DNA from: an uncultured Erysipelotrichaceae bacterium
GTDB taxonomy: Bacteria > Bacillota_I > Bacilli_A > RF39 > UBA660
Assembly: GCA_902783215.1 (NCBI GenBank)
Contig: CACZQD010000038.1
Span: 1 to 37,796 of the forward strand
Reading direction: 5' to 3'
Length of the DNA stretch: 37,796 bases
Part shown: piece by piece, positions 35,420 to 37,796 of the stretch
How the letters are laid out: each line of letters opens with the position of its first letter
Position numbering within the stretch: position 1 is the first letter of the stretch
Notes under the pieces: model-generated
The model's database searches: none
What the model was told of the DNA's origin: nothing
What the model saw: only the letters and a program-made list of their open reading frames with translations
Made by a program: the position numbers and the translations under genes

Positions 35420-36989
35420 AAAATGAATCATAGAAATCATCAACTATATTATTGGTTGTTTTTTTATCTTGTTCATTATTTATTATTTCTGGCTGTTTTT
35501 CTTCCTCTTTTTCTTCTTTTATTACTGTATTCTGTGTATCAGATGGAAAGTCGAAATTAAGTATATCATTTTGATTTGAATTATTTATATTAGAAGTACT
35601 ATCTTTTTCTTGAGAGTAATTGTTATTGACTTCATTATTATTGGTGTTTTGTTGACTTGCGTTTGATTCATTTGAAACTTCTGTTTCTATACTTTTTTCA
35701 CTATAATTATTGTTTGTTTCAAAAGATTCGTTAAATACACTATTTTGTTCTGTTTGGTTTTCTTCTTCTATATTAGTATTAATGTGATTTTTTTCTTTAA
35801 TATAATCATCTACTTCAATTAATTTAATAATTTCTTCTAATGAAGTAATTCCTTTAAGAGCTTTATCTAAACCATCCTCTAAAAGAGTTTTAACATCTTG
35901 TCTGTTATATATTAATTCTCTTATTTTATCTTTTTTTGCATTTAAACTTAATGCATCTCTAATATCTTGATCTATTTCTAATACTTCTTGAATTGCAATT
36001 CTTCCTTTATAACCATTATGACATTCTTCACAACCATTAGCTTCATATACTTCATCAATATCTTGATCTAATATTTCTTTTAAAAGATTTTTTTCAAAAT
36101 CAGTTGTTGGTCTTTTCTTACGACATTTTTCACATAATCTTCTAGCAAGTCTTTGAGCAATTATTCCTTCTAGTGCGGATCCTAATAAGTATTTTTCTAC
36201 ATCCATATCCATTAATCTCTCAATAGTACTTAATGCATCATTAGTATGAATTGTTGATAATACTAAGTGTCCAGTGATGGCAGCTCTAATTGCAATTTGA
36301 GCAGTTTCACTATCACGAATTTCTCCAATCATAATAATATTTGGATCTTGACGTAGGATTGATCTTAGTGCGGTTGCAAAAGTTAAACCTATTTCAGAAT
36401 TAGTTTGAATTTGATTTACTCCATCTATATCCATTTCGATAGGGTCTTCAATGGTAATAATATTACTTTCTTCTTTGTTTAATCTTTGTAACATTGAGTA
36501 TACAGTTGTACTTTTTCCGGTACCAGTCGCACCTGTTACTAAAATAATGCCGTTTGGTGATGAAATCATGTCGATTACTTTTTTATAATTCTCTTCACTA
36601 AAACCAAGTGTTTCTATTCCGCTTAAACTCATTTTATAGTCTAAGATACGTAAAACTATTTTTTCACCATTACTGGTTGGAATAGAGGATACACGAAGAT
36701 CTAAATCAACATCTTTTATTTTAGCTTTAATCGCACCATCTTGGGGTAGACGTGATTCAGTAATATTCATTCCAGAAATAATTTTAATACGAGTAATTAG
36801 ATTTCGGACATATTGTTGTGGTATATCTGTATAATTAATTAATTGTCCATCGATTCTAACACGTGCTCGCATAAATTCTTCATGCGAATCAAAATGAATA
36901 TCACTGGCTCCTTTTTTTACTGAATCTACCAATATATCGTTAATAATATCGACAATTGGAGTTGTTTCAAAATTGAATACTTTTAACAT
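35418..36989 (-). CDS. GspE/PilB/ComGA-family secretion ATPase with a low-complexity C-terminal tail
   Basis: ASDIHF, Walker A GATGTGKST, Asp box ITIEDPIE, Walker B IIMIGEIRD, His box LVLSTIHTND and the tetracysteine CEKC...CEEC are present. About 130 N/E/Q/S-rich residues follow. Confidence 0.88.
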   Translation of the reverse strand: MLKVFNFETTPIVDIINDILVDSVKKGASDIHFDSHEEFMRARVRIDGQLINYTDIPQQYVRNLITRIKIISGMNITESRLPQDGAIKAKIKDVDLDLRVSSIPTSNGEKIVLRILDYKMSLSGIETLGFSEENYKKVIDMISSPNGIILVTGATGTGKSTTVYSMLQRLNKEESNIITIEDPIEMDIDGVNQIQTNSEIGLTFATALRSILRQDPNIIMIGEIRDSETAQIAIRAAITGHLVLSTIHTNDALSTIERLMDMDVEKYLLGSALEGIIAQRLARRLCEKCRKKRPTTDFEKNLLKEILDQDIDEVYEANGCEECHNGYKGRIAIQEVLEIDQDIRDALSLNAKKDKIRELIYNRQDVKTLLEDGLDKALKGITSLEEIIKLIEVDDYIKEKNHINTNIEEENQTEQNSVFNESFETNNNYSEKSIETEVSNESNASQQNTNNNEVNNNYSQEKDSTSNINNSNQNDILNFDFPSDTQNTVIKEEKEEEKQPEIINNEQDKKTTNNIVDDFYDSF

Positions 36990-37091
36990 AATTTAATCAC
37001 CCTTTTTATTTTTTTTAAAATGTGCTAGCATTTATTCTTAATATATTATATAATATATTTAAAGATATTTCAAGATAAAGGAAGTGTATTT

Positions 37092-37619
37092 ATGAAAAAA
37101 AAGAATCAAAAAGGGTTCGCACTTGCTGAAGCACTAATTGTTTCAACAGTAGTTGCAGGTATATTAGTATATTTATTTGTTCAATTTTCAGCTTTAAAAC
37201 GTAGTTATAATAATTCATTTAGTTATAATAGTGTGGATGATTTATATGCAATAGAGGATGTTTTTGATTATATTGATAATTTATCAAGTGAAACTAGAAC
37301 TAATATTATAAGTGGTATCAATAGTCAAGATTATATTGAAATTGTAAAAAATGATAATGAATTTTCTGATAATGTAGAAGAAGAACAAATTGTTGATGAT
37401 GAGTATGGCTTTAATTTGCTAAATGCATTAGATTTAAAAGTATTAATTATTACAAAGGAAGACATTAGCTCAATCGATTTTGATTCTGATAATCTTAAAC
37501 AAGGTATGAAAACATTTATAAGTAAAATAAAAAATACTGATGGGGATAATTACCGTTTAATCGCACAGTTTGAAAATAATACATTTGCAACAATGATAAT
37601 ACCAATGGAGGTTGATTAA
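37092..37619 (+). CDS. prepilin-type protein (pseudopilin)
   Basis: MKKKNQKG|FALAEALIVSTVVAGILVYLF is a class III signal with Glu at +5. AAGGAAG SD is present. The gene is divergent from the ATPase gene. Confidence 0.7.
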   Translation: MKKKNQKGFALAEALIVSTVVAGILVYLFVQFSALKRSYNNSFSYNSVDDLYAIEDVFDYIDNLSSETRTNIISGINSQDYIEIVKNDNEFSDNVEEEQIVDDEYGFNLLNALDLKVLIITKEDISSIDFDSDNLKQGMKTFISKIKNTDGDNYRLIAQFENNTFATMIIPMEVD

Positions 37620-37620
37620 G

Positions 37621-37796
37621 ATGAATAAAAAGGGTATGACAACTATTGAATTAATAACTTCCTTTGCTTTAGCTACTGTAATATTTATTATCTTGTTTAA
37701 CCTTTTAATTTCGTTAAAAGATATATATATGATAAGTGGTTCTAAAACAAATATGTTAATTGAACAAGCTAATTTATGTAAATCTATGAATGAAAG
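37621..37796 (+). CDS. prepilin-type protein (pseudopilin), 5' part only; runs off the window
   Basis: MNKKG|MTTIELITSFALATVIFIILF. GGAGG lies upstream. The ORF is open to the window end. Confidence 0.6.
   Translation, partial: MNKKGMTTIELITSFALATVIFIILFNLLISLKDIYMISGSKTNMLIEQANLCKSMNE

Noticed and set aside
1-37796. Whole window translated with genetic code 4 (TGA as Trp), prompted by the HD gene
   Set aside because: Three genes end at TGA at natural protein termini, in stop-start overlaps (147-149, 14260-14262, 15662-15664). Every other long ORF encodes Trp only as TGG. A code-4 AT-rich genome would be expected to use TGA heavily. Genome-wide data (prfB, tRNA-Trp UCA) are still needed.
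1-37796. CRISPR arrays, rRNA genes, transposases, integrases or recombinases
   Set aside because: Scanning intergenic regions and ORF products showed no regularly spaced direct repeats, no rRNA-like conserved stretches, and no DDE, tyrosine or serine recombinase motifs.

Overview
By eye this is a very AT-rich, densely coding chromosomal stretch from a low-GC Firmicute (Erysipelotrichia or wall-bearing Mollicutes-relative style). Most of it is housekeeping. From left to right: a dehydratase tail plus BcrAD/BadFG-type activase; two tandem YfhO-family membrane proteins; a minimal mraZ-rsmH-ftsL cluster; a long translationally coupled operon (prfA, unknown gene, prmC, rnhB, DHH, MBL, CYTH); T-box-controlled pheST; pyk; tRNA-His; a TetR-controlled MMPL/YhgE-Pip giant ORF; an SH3b-NodB deacetylase; and a scattered type IV pilus/Com-like machinery (GspF, prepilin peptidase, GspE, three prepilin-type genes). 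I saw no CRISPR array, rRNA, transposase or integrase. Five things stand out. (1) An HD-domain gene coupled to pheT is broken only by three in-frame TGA codons, each at a Trp-like position, although TGA is a normal stop elsewhere in the window. (2) An unannotated module at 23.07-23.38 kb looks like a type I toxin-antitoxin: a 27-codon hydrophobic ORF, roughly 40-nt inverted arms, and a convergent near-consensus promoter plus terminator for an antisense sRNA. (3) An orphan type IV coupling protein with no TM domain sits with an AraC regulator and small unknown proteins. (4) A prepilin with a large C-terminal domain sits where the PBP and mur genes of the dcw cluster normally are, and a fragment of the same domain lies 15 kb away. 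(5) A signal-peptide-like start is embedded in frame inside the MMPL ORF. All functional calls rest on motif recognition by eye, with no database searches.
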